This document shows positions 9,567 to 18,348 of a stretch of DNA of 26,811 nucleotides, piece after piece. The DNA is taken from positions 1 to 26,811 of the forward strand of contig JAPKGY010000001.1 of assembly GCA_026647385.1 (NCBI GenBank), given 5' to 3'. Numbering within the stretch: the first letter of the stretch is position 1; each line of letters starts with the position of its first letter. The stretch is from Phycisphaerae bacterium (GTDB taxonomy: Bacteria > Planctomycetota > Phycisphaerae > UBA1845 > PWPN01). The position numbers and the translations under genes are program-made. The notes under the pieces are model-generated. The model was given only the letters and a program-made list of their open reading frames with translations. It had not been told where the DNA came from and made no database searches.

Positions 9567-10679
9567 CTACCGTTGCAGAATCGGCAGATACCCGTACGGC
9601 ATCTGCAGGATGGTCAACGCGATGGCCGTCCCGTACACCTTGCCCACCGCGTCGCCGTCCCACGATCCATCGCTGTTTTGGGCGGTCAGCAGCCAATCCC
9701 GCATGGTCGGGAAATACCAGTTCCAGTTCTCCTCTCCGCTCAGCCACATGACCTGGGCCATGTAGAAGTGAGCGTAATAGTAGTGCCCCCAGGTTCCGGA
9801 GCTGCGCCCGCCCCGCCCGATGTGGTCTTTGACGAACTTCAGCGATTTGACCGCTTGCGGGTGATCGTATTTCCCCGCGTTGTACCAGCAGGCGACAGCC
9901 GCCGCCGTGATCGGAGGGCGCGGGCCGCCTTGGCGATCCGCCCGGTAAGTGATTCCGCCGTCCGGCAGCGAGGATTTGTCCAGGTACCCCAGCGCCCGGT
10001 CGATCGTCTGTTTGGGCACCGACACCCCCGCGTTCCGGGCGGCACGCAGGCCCTGCAACTGGGTGATCGTCACCGACCCCTCGTCCGAACGCGAATCCGG
10101 TGTGTACAGCCAGCCTCCCAGATCGCTCTGGCTCCGGGCGGTCAGGGCAACCGCCTTCTGCAGCACGGTGTGGATCTGCTTGCGTTTGTCCGGGTCGGAT
10201 TCCATGCCGTGCAGTTCGCCCAGCACGAGCATGCTGAAGCCGTGGCCGTACATCGAGCGGCTTTCCTCCTCGATGCGCGAGATCAGGCCTTCCGAATCGA
10301 CGCACCGCAGGAGCAGATTGACCGCCCGGCTCACCTGCGGCGCGTACCTGCCTTCCGTCATCGTGTTGCCGTTGGCCATCAGGGCGAACGTGGCCAGCGC
10401 CGTCATCGCGACCGGGTAGTATCCCATATCCCCCTGGCTTCGCCATGAGCCCTCGCGACTCTGCGTGCGAGCCAGGAATTCGAGTCCGCGATCGATCGCC
10501 TGCTGCGTCTCCGGAGTGATCAGCGGCGGCAGCGGCGGCGCGATCCGCGCCTCGCTCTGGGCGGACGAACGTGTCGGTCCCATCAGCGCGATCACCATCG
10601 CCAATCCTAAGGCGGATCGCCTTTTTGTGGTCCGCAACCAAAGAGGAACCCTTGGCGCAGACCGGCGCGCAAATCGCAT
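9567..10679 (-). CDS. Prenyltransferase/squalene oxidase repeat (alpha-alpha barrel) protein with signal peptide (~370 aa)
   Basis: QW-like repeats QSREGSW, QSDLGGW, SSLPDGG and QNSDGSW; AIDRGLEFLA; hydrophobic N-terminus RRSALGLAMVIALMGPTRSSA. ATG at 10679 follows GAAGGA. The ORF-track extension (MESGEWRMENG) is translated repeat DNA. Confidence 0.88.
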   Translation of the reverse strand: MRFARRSAPRVPLWLRTTKRRSALGLAMVIALMGPTRSSAQSEARIAPPLPPLITPETQQAIDRGLEFLARTQSREGSWRSQGDMGYYPVAMTALATFALMANGNTMTEGRYAPQVSRAVNLLLRCVDSEGLISRIEEESRSMYGHGFSMLVLGELHGMESDPDKRKQIHTVLQKAVALTARSQSDLGGWLYTPDSRSDEGSVTITQLQGLRAARNAGVSVPKQTIDRALGYLDKSSLPDGGITYRADRQGGPRPPITAAAVACWYNAGKYDHPQAVKSLKFVKDHIGRGGRSSGTWGHYYYAHFYMAQVMWLSGEENWNWYFPTMRDWLLTAQNSDGSWDGDAVGKVYGTAIALTILQMPYGYLPILQR

Positions 10680-10750
10680 CGATCCTTCGCCGCGAGGTTC
10701 CAACGCGTGCAATCGAGTCATCAATGGTTGCGGCCCGCGGAACAGGGCGA

Positions 10751-10868
10751 GCAAAGTTGGGAATGGAGAACGGAGAATAGAGAAAGGGTTCCCCGGTTCG
10801 CGGGTCGATCTCGCGCAGGGAGAACCATTCTCCATTCTCCACTCTCCACTCTCCACTTTCGACTCTCC
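10751..10868. repeat. Heptamer inverted-repeat hairpin, copy 3
   Basis: Left GCAAAGT TGGGAAT GGAGAAC GGAGAAT AGAGAAA GGGTTCCCC. Right (reverse complement) GGAGAGT CGAAAGT GGAGAGT GGAGAGT GGAGAAT GGAGAAT GGTTCTCCC. Confidence 0.9.
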
Positions 10869-10899
10869 TGCTCGATTCCGTCCGTGCGGGTCCGCGCTC

Positions 10900-11523
10900 T
10901 CACGGGTCCTCTCGTTTCCTCGCCTGTGTCTCGATCGGCCTTTGCGTTCGCAGGTGAATCAATCTTTCCCGGGTGAAGGATTCCGGCCGATCCCGTAACT
11001 GCCGCCGGGCGAATTCATCGAAGAACGCCTCCTCGGGCGGCAGGTCGTTGTCTGGATCATAGAACTTCAATGCCTCTTCGACGCAGGTGCCCGCCAGAAG
11101 TTCCCATTCGCGGGCCGCCCCGCGGTCGGCTGTCCCGCTCGCCCAGGCCCGAAGCTGCCGGGCTTTCTCCCCCAGCATCGCCTCCAGCGTCAGCCAGCCG
11201 GCTACGTCGATCGCCCGCGACGGCTCCCCCGTGGGGTTGACCGGCGGCGCCGGGGGCACCGGTGATTCTTCCAGCGTCACGAACCGGGCCAGTCGCGGGT
11301 CGCCGGCCTTCGGGTCGATGCCGGCGAAGCGCAGCACGGTCACCTCCCCGCACGAACGACAGGTGACCGGCAGCGCCAGGATCGGCCCGGCGGCCGACGG
11401 CTCGATCGCTCCGGTCTCCGGGGCCAGGGGCCCGTTCCCACATCGCCCGCACCGCTTCGCCCAAACGACCAACTGGGCCTCGGTCAGACTGTGAATCGCC
11501 AAAACGGCTGGAGAGGTGCCCAT
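10900..11523 (-). CDS. Hypothetical protein with N-terminal zinc-ribbon (2x CxxC), ~207 aa
   Basis: CGRC...CRSC pairs, Pro-rich linker and a helical C-terminal half (IDVAGWLTL...CVEEALKFY). AGGA precedes ATG 11523. Confidence 0.7.
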   Translation of the reverse strand: MGTSPAVLAIHSLTEAQLVVWAKRCGRCGNGPLAPETGAIEPSAAGPILALPVTCRSCGEVTVLRFAGIDPKAGDPRLARFVTLEESPVPPAPPVNPTGEPSRAIDVAGWLTLEAMLGEKARQLRAWASGTADRGAAREWELLAGTCVEEALKFYDPDNDLPPEEAFFDEFARRQLRDRPESFTRERLIHLRTQRPIETQARKREDP

Positions 11524-11579
11524 AACACCCAATCCTAAACCAACCCGTCTCCTCGGTAAACAAGTGCCTGTGACGACTG

Positions 11580-11608
11580 TTGACTTGGTTGAAAAGTTGG
11601 CGTTTCAT
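11580..11608 (+). promoter_or_regulatory. Putative sigma70-type promoter TTGACT-N17-TTTCAT
   Basis: Near-consensus hexamers with a 17-nt spacer in a locally AT-richer divergent intergenic region; ~260 nt upstream of the next CDS. Confidence 0.4.
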
Positions 11609-11872
11609 GCGATGCAGTTTGAGCGGTGTATACGGCTTGAGCCTCCTTGCTCCGACGGGATCCATCGTGAGGCCTCCGTGGAATGAGTACTCCACAAGTC
11701 AGCCATGGAGACCTTCTTTATCGTGGATCACGCCGGCGCGCCGGTTCAGTGGCGCTGAAGCGGCGTCGGCTGGCTCCGAGCGTGAGACCGTTCAACCGGA
11801 AAAGGCACTGGATCGCCACTATGACCATTGTATCCGGCGGATGTGCGCGATAGGGGCCAGGAAGGAGATAGC

Positions 11873-13570
11873 TTGGACCGGAGAATCCGCTTCGCCTGGG
11901 TATGTGGGCTCGCGATCGCGGTTCTGCCGTCGGTTGGCCCGGCCCGGTCGGCGTCGCAGCCGGCGGTCCCCGTCCTGTTGGGTGTCGATGACGGGGGTGC
12001 GTATCATCATACGGTCGGCAAGCGACAGCCGTTCGAGTTTCCGGCCTACTTTGAGGCATTGGATGACCTGGGCGTGCAATTCGTCTCCGTGCACTTCTGG
12101 CCGGTGACCGATGCCGGCAAGGATAGCCCCGCCAGGACCGGCCTGAGGCTGATAGCCCTCGACCAGACTATGCGCGATCACGGCCTGAGGTACTCGCTGA
12201 ACGTCGAACTGTCGAACTTCGTTCCCCGCCTTGAGATCACGCCGGGCGTCGACGAGTTCGAGCATCCGGACGGCATGCACCGCTGGGACTTTCGCATGGA
12301 GTGGCTTGAAGCCGTCCTGCCGCCGCGTCGGCTCGAACCGGCCGCCCTGATCGCGATCACCTACGATGAGTGCGAGCACATGATCCTGTCGAACAATAAA
12401 TTCGCCAACAGCCCCAAGTCGACGTTCGATCAGCCTTTCCTGGTGAACACGCACGGTATGCCGCTTGCAAAGGCCTGCGATCGATTGGTGGCTGAGGCCC
12501 GACGAATCCGCGAGGAACACTATCAGAACCGTGTTCGCCCGCAGACCGAACAGGTCTGGCCCGACTTGTTCCACATCTTCGCCCGGGCGGGATGGATCGT
12601 CGCACCGAAGTTGCTCAAGGAGAACTTCAGCTCGGTCGTGATGTCCATCGCCATGGGGGCTGCCATTCAATACCGGGATACGGGCACATGTTTATGGGCG
12701 TCGCCGGACCTGTGGAACTGGAATCGCTACCCCGGCCATTCGCCGGAGGCGCTCCGTTCGGCGCTGTTGATGGCCTATTGGCTCGGGGCCGAGACGATCT
12801 ACGTCGAAAACCTCGATTTTCACCAGTGGTCGCCGCGGCATCCGGAGGCTGACCCCGAAGGTTCGCTCCTCCACTGGACCAGCCTCGATCAGTATGAGGT
12901 GACCGCGCACGGGCGCGTCGTTCGCGAGTTCTACCGGGAGTACGTGCCGAAGCATCCGCGGACCAGCGATTGGCGGGAGTACGATCCGCGCGTGGTTATC
13001 ATTCGCCTGCCCGACGGTGGATGGGGACAGTACGACGCCGTCGCGTCGCGCAATCGGCTCCTCGGCAACCGGGACATGCCCCTGGACGAACCCGCGTCCG
13101 AGTGGCTCCACTTGTGGCCCATCCTTACGCATGGAGTGGTTCTTTCCGGAGCGATCTCCACCGGTAATCCGAAGGTGTATCCCAAGGGCGTCGAGGACTT
13201 CTTCGTGCCCATCGACAGCGTGGCGGTCTTCGATCACAACGTGGAGGCGGGTCGGTTGGCGAACGTGGATTGTCTGATTGTCTGTGGGCATGCGCTGTCC
13301 GCCGGGACCTTCGAGGCTGTCCGCGGACGGGTTGCCGCCGGCGCGACCTGCATCATCGCCCGCCGGTTGTACGCCCGGCACGCGCCAGGCGGCCTGCCCG
13401 GTGATTGGCTGATCGTCGACGATTTCAAGGACCCGCGGATCGCCCCCAAACTCCAGCGGTTCCTGGGGCCGGCCGACGTCGCCCGTTTTCGCTTCAGGCA
13501 TCAGCTCGTGGAGTTTCGCAAGTCCGGCAAGCCCGACGGCATCACCGTCCGCGTCGTCGAGCGAAAGTGA
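11873..13570 (+). CDS. Secreted hypothetical protein (~565 aa), possibly glycoside-hydrolase-like
   Basis: Long ORF with protein-like composition. TTG start follows AAGGAG, and there is a signal-peptide-like N-terminus (RRIRFAWVCGLAIAVLPSVGPARSA). No family was confidently recognised. Confidence 0.75.
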   Translation: MDRRIRFAWVCGLAIAVLPSVGPARSASQPAVPVLLGVDDGGAYHHTVGKRQPFEFPAYFEALDDLGVQFVSVHFWPVTDAGKDSPARTGLRLIALDQTMRDHGLRYSLNVELSNFVPRLEITPGVDEFEHPDGMHRWDFRMEWLEAVLPPRRLEPAALIAITYDECEHMILSNNKFANSPKSTFDQPFLVNTHGMPLAKACDRLVAEARRIREEHYQNRVRPQTEQVWPDLFHIFARAGWIVAPKLLKENFSSVVMSIAMGAAIQYRDTGTCLWASPDLWNWNRYPGHSPEALRSALLMAYWLGAETIYVENLDFHQWSPRHPEADPEGSLLHWTSLDQYEVTAHGRVVREFYREYVPKHPRTSDWREYDPRVVIIRLPDGGWGQYDAVASRNRLLGNRDMPLDEPASEWLHLWPILTHGVVLSGAISTGNPKVYPKGVEDFFVPIDSVAVFDHNVEAGRLANVDCLIVCGHALSAGTFEAVRGRVAAGATCIIARRLYARHAPGGLPGDWLIVDDFKDPRIAPKLQRFLGPADVARFRFRHQLVEFRKSGKPDGITVRVVERK

Positions 13571-13598
13571 GGGGGATTCAAACGTGGGAGATCGCGCC

Positions 13599-14597
13599 AT
13601 GAAAGCGATGGTGCTCGAACGGATCGCTCCGATCGCGTCGTCGCCGCTGAGGCTGAGCGACTGGCCCGAACCGCAGCCTCAACCGGGCGAAGTCCGACTC
13701 AAAGTGCGTTGCTGCGGGATCTGCCGGACCGATCTGCACGTCATCGAAGGGGAACTGCCCCCGCTCAGGCTGCCGATCGTTCCGGGCCATCAGATCGTCG
13801 GCGCCGTGGATGCGATCGGCCCGAGCTGCACGCGGTTCAGTGTGGGGCAGCGCGTCGGGATCGCCTGGCTGCGGCACACCTGCGGCCAATGCGGATTCTG
13901 CCTCGCGGGACGCGAGAATCTCTGCGAGTCATCCCGGTTTACGGGTTACCATGCCGACGGCGGTTACGCGGAGTATGCGGCCGTTCCGGAGGCGTACGCG
14001 TACGCGATTCCGGATGCGTTTGACGACGCGTCGGCCGCTCCGCTGCTCTGTGCGGGCATCATCGGCTACCGGGCGCTCAAGCGGAGCAATCTGCCGCGAG
14101 GCGGGACCCTGGCGGTCTACGGGTTCGGGTCGTCGGCCCACGTGGTGCTGCAGATCGCGAAGCATCGCGGCAGCCGGGTGTTCGTGGTCACCCGGGGCGA
14201 GAGTCATCGGCAACTCGCCCGCGAGATGGGCGCGGATTGGGTCGGCGAAAACGCGGTGGACGTGCCCGAGTCAGCCGACAGCGCGATCATCTTCGCCCCA
14301 GCCGGCGAACTGGTCCCGCCCGCGCTGCGATCGCTCAAGAAGGGCGGGACGTTGGCCTTGGCAGGCATCTACATGACGCCCGTGCCGGGCATGGATTACG
14401 AACGCCACCTCTTTTACGAACGAAACGTGTGTTCCGTGACGGCCAATACGCGCGAGGACGGACGTGAGCTGCTGGCGGAGGCTGCTCGGATCCACCTTCG
14501 TCCGCACACGACCGTCTATCCGCTCGGCGAGGCCAATCGGGCCCTGCAGGACCTCAAGGGGGACCGAATTCGCGGATCGGGAGTCTTGAAGGTATGA
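13599..14597 (+). CDS. Zinc-dependent alcohol dehydrogenase family protein (MDR, ~332 aa)
   Basis: CGICRTDLH; PGHQIVG (GHQ variant); structural Zn CGQCGFC...ENLC; LLCAGIIGY; Rossmann YGFGSSA. Confidence 0.93.
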   Translation: MKAMVLERIAPIASSPLRLSDWPEPQPQPGEVRLKVRCCGICRTDLHVIEGELPPLRLPIVPGHQIVGAVDAIGPSCTRFSVGQRVGIAWLRHTCGQCGFCLAGRENLCESSRFTGYHADGGYAEYAAVPEAYAYAIPDAFDDASAAPLLCAGIIGYRALKRSNLPRGGTLAVYGFGSSAHVVLQIAKHRGSRVFVVTRGESHRQLAREMGADWVGENAVDVPESADSAIIFAPAGELVPPALRSLKKGGTLALAGIYMTPVPGMDYERHLFYERNVCSVTANTREDGRELLAEAARIHLRPHTTVYPLGEANRALQDLKGDRIRGSGVLKV

Positions 14598-14600
14598 GCC

Positions 14601-15350
14601 ATGTCGATCGGCCGGCACCACATCGGGACTAGTGGTTGGAGCTACCCCCACTGGGGCAAGGGGAGATTCTATCCGAAGGGAACCAAACCCCGCGATTTCC
14701 TCGAGTATTACTCCCGGCACTTCGGCACGGTTGAGCTTAACGCATCGTTCTATCGACCGCCGAAGCCGGAAATAATCGAGCGATGGCGGGAGGTGGTCGG
14801 GAGCGATTTCCTCTTCGCGGTGAAGCTGTGGCGGCGGATCACCCACGAGAAAAAGCTGAAGGACTGCGCGCCGGAGTTGAGGGATTTCCTGCCTTTGATG
14901 GAGGGTTTCGGACGCAAAGGCGGACCGCTCCTCATTCAGTTGCCCCCGTCCCTGCATCGCGACGACGAACGACTGGATTCGTTCCTGAACGACCTGAGCG
15001 CCGGGCTCGGCAGGAAGCGGTGGCTGATCGCCGTCGAGTTCCGGCACACGACCTGGCTGGCGGATCCGGTCTATGAGTTGCTCACCCGGCACCGGGCAGC
15101 CTGCGTTCTGGCCGACCACGCGCGGTGTCCGATCGTCGAGCCGAACGACGTGCCGTTCGTCTACATCCGCCGACACGGGCCCGGCGGCCCTTGCCGCGGC
15201 TGCTATGGCGAGGAACATCTGGCCGCCGACGCCGAGCGCGTCCGCGGCTGGCTGGGGGCGGGCAGGAACGTCTACGCCTACTTCAACAATGACGTGGAGG
15301 GGCACGCCGTCGCCAACGCACGGCGACTGATCGAGTTGATCGGACACTGA
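14601..15350 (+). CDS. DUF72 (YecE-like) family protein (249 aa)
   Basis: IGTSGWSYPHW...FYP; TVELNASFYRPP; FAVK; LIQLPPS; AVEFRH; YAYFNNDVEGHA. Confidence 0.92.
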   Translation: MSIGRHHIGTSGWSYPHWGKGRFYPKGTKPRDFLEYYSRHFGTVELNASFYRPPKPEIIERWREVVGSDFLFAVKLWRRITHEKKLKDCAPELRDFLPLMEGFGRKGGPLLIQLPPSLHRDDERLDSFLNDLSAGLGRKRWLIAVEFRHTTWLADPVYELLTRHRAACVLADHARCPIVEPNDVPFVYIRRHGPGGPCRGCYGEEHLAADAERVRGWLGAGRNVYAYFNNDVEGHAVANARRLIELIGH

Positions 15351-15480
15351 TCGGGGACACCGCCCCCCGCGGATACGGTCACGGTTCCCGTGGCCGCGGT
15401 GACCCTTACCCCCGGCCCCGCAGGCTCCTGCCCCTCTCTTGCGGAGGCACTCCCTGCGCCGGGAACACCGGCGGCGGCCC

Positions 15481-15508
15481 TCGACGGATCGACCCGGCCC
15501 GTTACAAT
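15481..15508 (+). promoter_or_regulatory. Putative sigma70-type promoter TCGACG-N16-TACAAT
   Basis: Good -10 box and partial -35 box, about 40 nt upstream of the DUF547 gene. Confidence 0.35.
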
Positions 15509-15550
15509 GGTCGCTCGAATCGGGACAGACAAACCCAACTGCACGGAAGC

Positions 15551-16438
15551 ATGAGCATGAGCCTACATACGATCCTCGTGATGCGGCCGACCCGTGGGAT
15601 ACGGATGCTGATGGGGGGGGTTGCTCTAGTCGCGGCCGGCTGCGCCGAGCCGAACGTTCGGCCGAGCATGTCCCTGCTGCCGCCGACGCGTCCGTTGATC
15701 TATGCGGACACCGACTGGGCAGCCGTCCTGCAAAACCATGTCCGCGAAGGATTGGTGGACTACTCCAGTCTGCTCGCCAACCGCGAACCGCTGGAACGGT
15801 ACTACGCCCTGATCGGACAGACGGGGCCGACGGCCACCCCCGACCAGTTCTCGACGCGGGCCGCGACGACCGCCTACTGGATCAACGCATACAACGCGCT
15901 GGTGTTGCGGGCGGTTCTGGAACGTTATCCGGTCAGTACCCTGTACGATCTGGCGATGCCCCGCCTGGAGTTCGACTATACGTTCCGGGTGGATCGCAGG
16001 ATCATGAACCTGACCGAGGTCGAGCATCACCTGCTGGCGGATAGCGCCCAGGATGCGCGGGCACTGCTGGCGACGAGTCGGGCGGCGATGGGTACGCCCC
16101 GGTTGACCAGTGAGCCGTTCCGGGCGGATACGCTGGAGAACCAGTTGGCGCGGGCGGCGGCTGATGCCCTGGACAACCCCAACCTCTTGCGGATCGATCA
16201 CGTGTCCAAGTCGATCCTGGTCTGGCAGGAGATTCTCGACCACGAGCAGGACTTCGTCGATTACTGGCGGCTGCGTCGCCGGGTGAGAAGTGCCTACCTG
16301 TACAACGTGATCCTGGATCTGTCCTCCATCCACCGGCGCCGGGGGCTCCAGAGCGCGGTGGGTTACCAGTTCCGCGAAATCCCGTTTGAACGGAGACTGA
16401 ACGACTGGAGCCGTCCGGGCGTGCAGGCTGCCCCCTGA
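15551..16438 (+). CDS. DUF547 domain lipoprotein (start uncertain)
   Basis: GLVDY and AYWINAYNALVL motifs typical of DUF547; lipobox-like LVAAGC. Confidence 0.8.
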   Translation: MSMSLHTILVMRPTRGIRMLMGGVALVAAGCAEPNVRPSMSLLPPTRPLIYADTDWAAVLQNHVREGLVDYSSLLANREPLERYYALIGQTGPTATPDQFSTRAATTAYWINAYNALVLRAVLERYPVSTLYDLAMPRLEFDYTFRVDRRIMNLTEVEHHLLADSAQDARALLATSRAAMGTPRLTSEPFRADTLENQLARAAADALDNPNLLRIDHVSKSILVWQEILDHEQDFVDYWRLRRRVRSAYLYNVILDLSSIHRRRGLQSAVGYQFREIPFERRLNDWSRPGVQAAP

Positions 16439-16638
16439 GCCGGAGCCGCGCCTGCAGCTACGCTCCGCGTCCTGCCCGCTGAGTTTCCACAGGCGTCCCG
16501 GGAGTCGCCGAGCGACAAACGGCGCGTACCCAGGTGCGCCAACCAGCCCGGGCCGCGAGGCTTCGACCGCCACCCTGACTACAATAACAAGTGCCGAAAG
16601 CTGGTCGTAAAGCGGTTCGATCGGGCGGGTGTTGGAAA

Positions 16639-18348
16639 ATGGCTCCGCTGGATTCCCAGGTTGTCGACATCGTGCGGTCCGTGGCAGGGTCCGAGGGCCA
16701 CGGCGAGTACCTGCGCCGCATCCTGACGGAGCTGGTGGCGATCAATACAGTGCCGCAGGCGGACTTGGCCGCCAACCGGCAGCGGGAACAGGCCCTGTTC
16801 GACGTGGTCGAGCGCGAGATCCGCGCCGCGCTCGACGGGCAGGTCCGGTTCGAAAGGCCGGCGATCGACCTGGCCATCGCGAGCGATCCGGCGTACGCGA
16901 CCCCGGCATATGCCGCCAATGGCCGGGGTAACGTGCCCCCCCCGGAAAAAGTTTACGCAGGGCGGACCAATTTTCTGGCCATCGTACCCGGCGAGGACAG
17001 CGGGGCTCCTCCGGCGGCGATTCTGCACGCCCACATCGACGTGGTGCCGCCCTGGTTCGGGCCGCGACTGGAAGGGAATCGCGTCTACGGCCGAGGCGCG
17101 TGTGATGACAAGTCGCAGATCGCAGCCGTCCTGGGGCAGCTTCGGCTGATCCGCGAGGTGATGGAGCGCGCCGGGCGGAGTCCCAGGCGCGGTTTCGTCA
17201 TTCAGCTTACCCTTGATGAAGAGATCGGCGGCAACGGCTCGGCGTCGATGGTCCGCGATCCGCGGTTCGCCGGGCTACCGGTCATCATGCTCGACTCGAG
17301 CAATCTGGTGCCCTATTGCGCGCATCGCGGCGCGGTGTATTACCGGTGCCGCCTCTCGGCCTCGAGCCACCCGCGGACCAGCGGCCTGGAGATCCTGCCG
17401 TTCGTCGTGCTTGAACTGGAAACGGAGGGGCGGCGCATCGCGCGGGAAACAAACTGCGAGCTGTTCGATTACCGCCACGTGCAAACCAACCAGGGCATGG
17501 TCGGTCCGTTCGGTCGCCATCCGGGAAGCGTGTGCGACCACGTCGCGTTCGAACTCACCGCGGGCTCCCGTTCCGACAGCCGGGCGATTCAGCGGCAGGT
17601 GATCCAGAGCATGAGCGAGGGGCTCCAGGAGTATCTCGATCTCTACGGCGACAAGCGGCTGGTTACCGACCCCGCCACCGGCCGGCCCAAGGTCGAACGT
17701 CACTTCGATCTGCGGCCCGATCCCGCGTTGGGCATCGGTACGCTCCGGCTCGACGTGTGGGGAAAAAGCGGGCACATGGCGGCGGTCCGCGACTGCGACA
17801 ACGCCATCACCAAGGCGGCGTGGATGCTTCGCGGCGTGCTTCAGGTCCACAAAACGTACCCGGACGCGAGAATCGATATCCTGTTCGGCGACGTGCACGA
17901 TACGACCGATGTGCACGCGGTCGAGTTGCAGGGCGGGCAAGGGTTCGCGCCCTGCCACAAAATGAAAGAGGTGATGGAACGACTCGCCCGGGCCGCCCGG
18001 CGCGGGGCGAAGGAGTATTGCCTCCTCCGTCAGGTACCGTTCGAGGAGAACATGATCGAGACGACGTTCGATCGGCTGCACAACGACGCCTACGCGGACT
18101 CGCCCGACTCGCCCCCCATGCGGATGCTCAAGGCCGCGTTCGAAGCGATGGGCGAGCCCTGGCCGACCTTGAAGGCGTGGGAAACGAGTTGCGACGCCCG
18201 CATTTACCATCACCGCGGTCACCCGGTCGCAATCATCGGCGCGGGCGCACTCGAAGCGTGCCACAGCGACCACGAATACGTCGAGATCCCCGACGTGCAG
18301 AAGTTGTCGGCCTTGACCACGCTGGCGACATGGGGCTTGACGGGATAG
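16639..18348 (+). CDS. M20/M25/M40 family metallo-hydrolase, enlarged (~569 aa)
   Basis: LHAHIDVVP; YGRGACDDK; DEEIGGNG; SCDARIY; CHSDHEYV. ATG at 16639 follows TGGAAA. Confidence 0.88.
   Translation: MAPLDSQVVDIVRSVAGSEGHGEYLRRILTELVAINTVPQADLAANRQREQALFDVVEREIRAALDGQVRFERPAIDLAIASDPAYATPAYAANGRGNVPPPEKVYAGRTNFLAIVPGEDSGAPPAAILHAHIDVVPPWFGPRLEGNRVYGRGACDDKSQIAAVLGQLRLIREVMERAGRSPRRGFVIQLTLDEEIGGNGSASMVRDPRFAGLPVIMLDSSNLVPYCAHRGAVYYRCRLSASSHPRTSGLEILPFVVLELETEGRRIARETNCELFDYRHVQTNQGMVGPFGRHPGSVCDHVAFELTAGSRSDSRAIQRQVIQSMSEGLQEYLDLYGDKRLVTDPATGRPKVERHFDLRPDPALGIGTLRLDVWGKSGHMAAVRDCDNAITKAAWMLRGVLQVHKTYPDARIDILFGDVHDTTDVHAVELQGGQGFAPCHKMKEVMERLARAARRGAKEYCLLRQVPFEENMIETTFDRLHNDAYADSPDSPPMRMLKAAFEAMGEPWPTLKAWETSCDARIYHHRGHPVAIIGAGALEACHSDHEYVEIPDVQKLSALTTLATWGLTG

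Noticed and set aside
9567-10679. Squalene-hopene cyclase / hopanoid biosynthesis call
   Set aside because: Too short, lacks DxDD, appears to be exported, and has no hpn genes nearby.
9526-10856. ORFs and N-terminal extensions reading MENGEW / MESGEWRMENG
   Set aside because: These are translations of the heptamer repeat DNA; better starts with RBS exist downstream.
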